A DNA stretch of 64,000 nt from Chrysomallon squamiferum. Its lineage: Eukaryota; Animalia; Mollusca. The position numbers and the translations under genes were made by a program. Of this stretch, positions 61,100 through 64,000 are shown in pieces. The notes under the pieces are model-generated. The model ran no database searches, was not told where the DNA came from, and saw only the letters and a list, made by a program, of their open reading frames with translations. The DNA lies in NCBI GenBank assembly GCA_012295275.1, contig CM022675.1, forward strand, positions 16,554,001 to 16,618,000, read 5' to 3'. Positions within the stretch are counted from its first letter, which is position 1, and each line of letters begins with the position of its first letter.

Positions 61100-63059
61100 A
61101 TGGAAAAAGAAGAAAAAGTAAACAGTGTTTGTGATAAAAAGGAAGATGATTTTAAAGCGATAAATAGTGTCAAAGAAATAAAAAATAAGGATCTAGCAAA
61201 TAAAACACCTGGACGCGAACAACAAGGATCGTATTTGTCTATAGAACAAATTTTGTGCGGAAGTAAAAAATTGGAGGAATCTAAATCAGACAACAATATT
61301 TCTGCCAGTGGAAATTTTGCCGCGCAAATTCCTCCCGGCTTCCGTCATCAAGAATTACGTCAGACGTACAGCAGTTTCCCGCCATTTCCGAGCACCTTTG
61401 CCTTGAGATCTCCGTTACCAGACGGATACCCAGTTTATCCAGCAACTAGCACACTACACCATGGCGAAATCTCGAACTGGTTTCAGCATGCTCTTTACCA
61501 AAGACAAATGTTTTTGGAAGGTAGGTTTAAAAAAAAAAAATAAAATAAGAACACTAACTAAATAAATAAATTAAATACTGCTACCACTACTACAGCAGTC
61601 GTAACGAAATGATAGTAAAAATAGTAGCAATAACAGTAGGAGGGCTAGTTGTAACAGTAGTAGTAGTAGTAGTAGCAGTAGTAGTCATTGACGTAACTTG
61701 GGCGTGGCCACACGGACTGTTGCAGGGGTGCAAAATTAAAAACAAAAAAAGAAAAGAAAAATAAGGTAATAATAAAGCAGTAATAAAATAGCGTAACCCT
61801 TTCCATTCCATGAAAACTTCCCATCCAGTCCGCTGTTACAAGGCCACATTACTGCCATATAGTAATCATAGGCGTATCTATTATCAAACTAATGAAGCTT
61901 AAGCCTTAGGGCCCCGAATCCAGGAGGCAACTTTAGTCCACATTGCTTCAAAATTTTAATCCAGATCAGAGCTGCCATGGTTAAAATTAAAAAATATGAA
62001 GACTTGTCACGGAGTGGGCTCATTAAAGAAGATAACCATGGTTACCCTCACCCCTTTGCAGGACCGCCACTGATATAATAAAGCAACAGTGAACCAGTAC
62101 ACAAATTATTTTTATTATATTTTTAGCATTATTACCATTATTTTAGAAGCTGAACTGAGTGATGCCAAAGCTATCCCTGTAGCCACTTTGCGGCTTCTGT
62201 TGAATAATATTTGGCCTGCAGAACATCATACCAAACAAATTAATAAAAAAATGTCAGCCAGTAAGCACTGCAGGTTAGCTTGGCGCCGCCCAGAGAGCCC
62301 GGACCAGTAACACGCAGCTAGATGTCAGTCACACGTCCCGATAAACCAGCATGTCTTATTATAAGTGCAGTTTTTCTATTTTCTAAGTAAAAACCAAAAA
62401 AATAAAATCTTTTCTGGAAAACTCATTTCCAGTAAAATGTTGATCTCCAGTTAATATAAAATGATTAGCTTTCTTTTTTCCATCCTGTATGATTGCTGAG
62501 GGTGAAAACGCGGTAAATCGGTGTCTTTCTTGTTCATCTTTAATTTCAACTTTGTTAACTGACAATCTTTCTTAACTGACAATATAAATAACAACATTTT
62601 TTTTTTTAAAAACGTTTAATATATTTGCTATTGATTTCATTTTTTGCTATGGCATTAATGGCACAAATTGAGACAAAATCCAATTCAAAGTAAAAAGTCG
62701 CTGGACGTAGTAGTGGTAGTAGTAGCAATAATGTTGGTGATGGTTATTTTATATGTGTAGACAGTGGCGGACTGGGTCTAGAATGTCTACCGGGAGAACT
62801 TGTAAAAAGGACCATTCAGAAGAGTCCACTTAATGCCAAACATGTTGAAAGGGCCCTCAGGAAATTTACCTGTTCTCCGCCCTTTCGTGCATGTATAAAG
62901 TTAAAAGTAAAATAATTTCACAAAAAGCTCAGTTCAGCTTTTGTCTGTCCTCTAGCTCAGCGCAGTTCAGCACGTCGCCAACGTCGTGTCAACATCGACA
63001 GGAAGCCAAGACAAGCATATTCATCAATACAGCTAGAAAGACTGGAACGGGAATTTAAG
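61100..63059 (+). CDS. Nedx: ANTP-class homeobox gene, Nedx / lateral muscles scarcer type; remaining homeodomain exon(s) not found in the window
   Basis: Exon 61100-61520 with eh1-like YLSIEQIL, phase-1 intron, exon 62956-63059 encoding ...RRQRRVNIDRKPRQAYSSIQLERLEREFK|GT. DRKPRQAYS..QLERLE.EF is the N-terminal arm and helix 1 I recognise from Nedx/lms. Only 21 homeodomain residues are visible. Confidence 0.8.
61868..62072. mobile_element. Possible non-autonomous DNA transposon (hAT-like MITE) remnant
   Basis: GC-richer patch with AGGGCCCC, ending CCGCCACTG (reverse complement of CAGTGGCGG); no TSD established. Confidence 0.3.
62762..62885. mobile_element. Possible hAT-like MITE remnant
   Basis: Begins CAGTGGCGGACTGG, contains AGGGCCC; second terminus decayed. 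Confidence 0.3.
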
Positions 63060-63204
63060 GTAGAAATTATATTCAACAATCGTCCGTTTTAATCTGAAAA
63101 CTAACTATGTATGTCTAGCGTGATACAGCTATTTGTTTACGCTTAAACTTTGAATATTGAAACCATTTGTTATTTTCCTGCATAGTCAGTGCATCATAAT
63201 AGGC

Positions 63205-63415
63205 TCATTAAAGGCCATGCTATGTTTTTTCTGTCTGTTGGAAGGTTCACATAAAAGATATGTTGCTGCAAATCGAAAGAGTACACATTTTTCGGTAGCG
63301 GGTTTCTCCTCTAATTATCTGTTATGTTCATAACCATGATTATGAACGATATTATTAAAATTAAATTAAAATTTGTTGACAGCGTCGTTAATACAATATT
63401 TCTTCCTTTCTCGTC
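63205..63415 (+). mobile_element. SINE remnant, Nin-domain-like, in the homeobox intron
   Basis: AAAGGCCATGCTATG..CTGTCTGTTGGAAGGTTCACATAAAAGAT..TTGCTGCAAATCGAAAGAGTA..GGTAGCGGGTTTCTCCTC..GCGTCGTTAATACAATATTTCTTCCTTTC with a simple-repeat tail; matches my recollection of the molluscan Nin-SINE body. Confidence 0.65.
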
Positions 63416-63911
63416 TTTCTGCTGTTAAGGAACGACAACTCTGGCTAAATTGCTTTGACGTGCGTTTGCGTTGTGAGCTTTGCAGCCAGAGTTATCTTTG
63501 ACACATTTTGTGTTTCATATTGTAAAAAGCACGTTTTGTGATTGATTCACATTTTAAACCCTATACTTTTTGTCACTTAAGTCGTGATCATGGTGAAAAA
63601 TAAATACAAAACAAACAAAGAATCTTTTATTTGAGCTTTCCCACAGGCAGGAAACTGTTCACAGTGACCTCTGACAAATCAGGCATGAGTTTCTGAGGTG
63701 AACTGATCCTGTTTTCTATGAATCCTCGGACCTTTGCTCTAACCAAAAAAGACTAAAACTAGCTGACATTTTTGTTTAAAAATGAATTCCCTTGTAACGA
63801 ACATACGTCAAAAATTGCACTAATTATTAAAAAGAAACATTCTCGATAAATGAATACTAATAAATTATATATATGTCTATTTTAGTTATGTTTTACATAA
63901 AGTATAAATAG

Positions 63912-63912
<1 letters not shown>

Positions 63913-63962
<50 letters not shown>
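63913..63962. repeat. (ATT)n microsatellite
   Basis: Directly visible. Confidence 0.95.
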
Positions 63963-64000
63963 TTAATTGCTTGGTGTACGTCAATGGCTGCAGGCTGATC

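Noticed and set aside
62064-62770. One transposon bounded by CCGCCACTG / CAGTGGCGG inverted repeats
   Set aside because: The repeats face outward relative to the usual CAG-start terminus, so they are more likely ends of two separate remnants; no TSD found.
62956-63059. Homeobox as Mnx (vertebrate LMBR1 neighbour), Msx or Dlx
   Set aside because: Arm sequence RKPRQAYS differs from Mnx RRPRTAFT, Msx RKPRTPFT and Dlx RKPRTIYS.

Overview
AT-rich, intron-rich animal genomic DNA, probably molluscan (inferred from Nin-type SINE remnants and gene style; not proven). Six spliced genes were reconstructed by hand. AGPS (+, 5'-truncated, 14 exons to stop at 7951). A C/EBP/PAR-like bZIP factor (-, 12000-14059). 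An activin type II receptor ACVR2/punt (+, 14941-19299), head-to-head with the bZIP. LMBR1 (-, 15 exons, 30542-46302, one U12-type intron). POFUT2 (-, 9 exons, 51561-56420). A Nedx/lms-type homeobox gene (+, 61100 to beyond 63059). Two things stand out. (1) In the bZIP mRNA the first, strong-context AUG opens a 69-codon acidic ORF that overlaps the bZIP frame by 167 nt, with the bZIP frame at +1. This is a candidate translational switch (uORF bypass or +1 frameshift). (2) Several tandem arrays are seeded on functional exon edges. A ~6-kb array amplifies an LMBR1 exon end plus splice donor, two arrays amplify LMBR1 splice acceptors plus exon starts, one repeat amplifies the stop-codon region, and one array supplies an AGPS polypyrimidine tract. 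No rRNA, tRNA or CRISPR was seen. All gene identities are from recognised motifs, not database searches.
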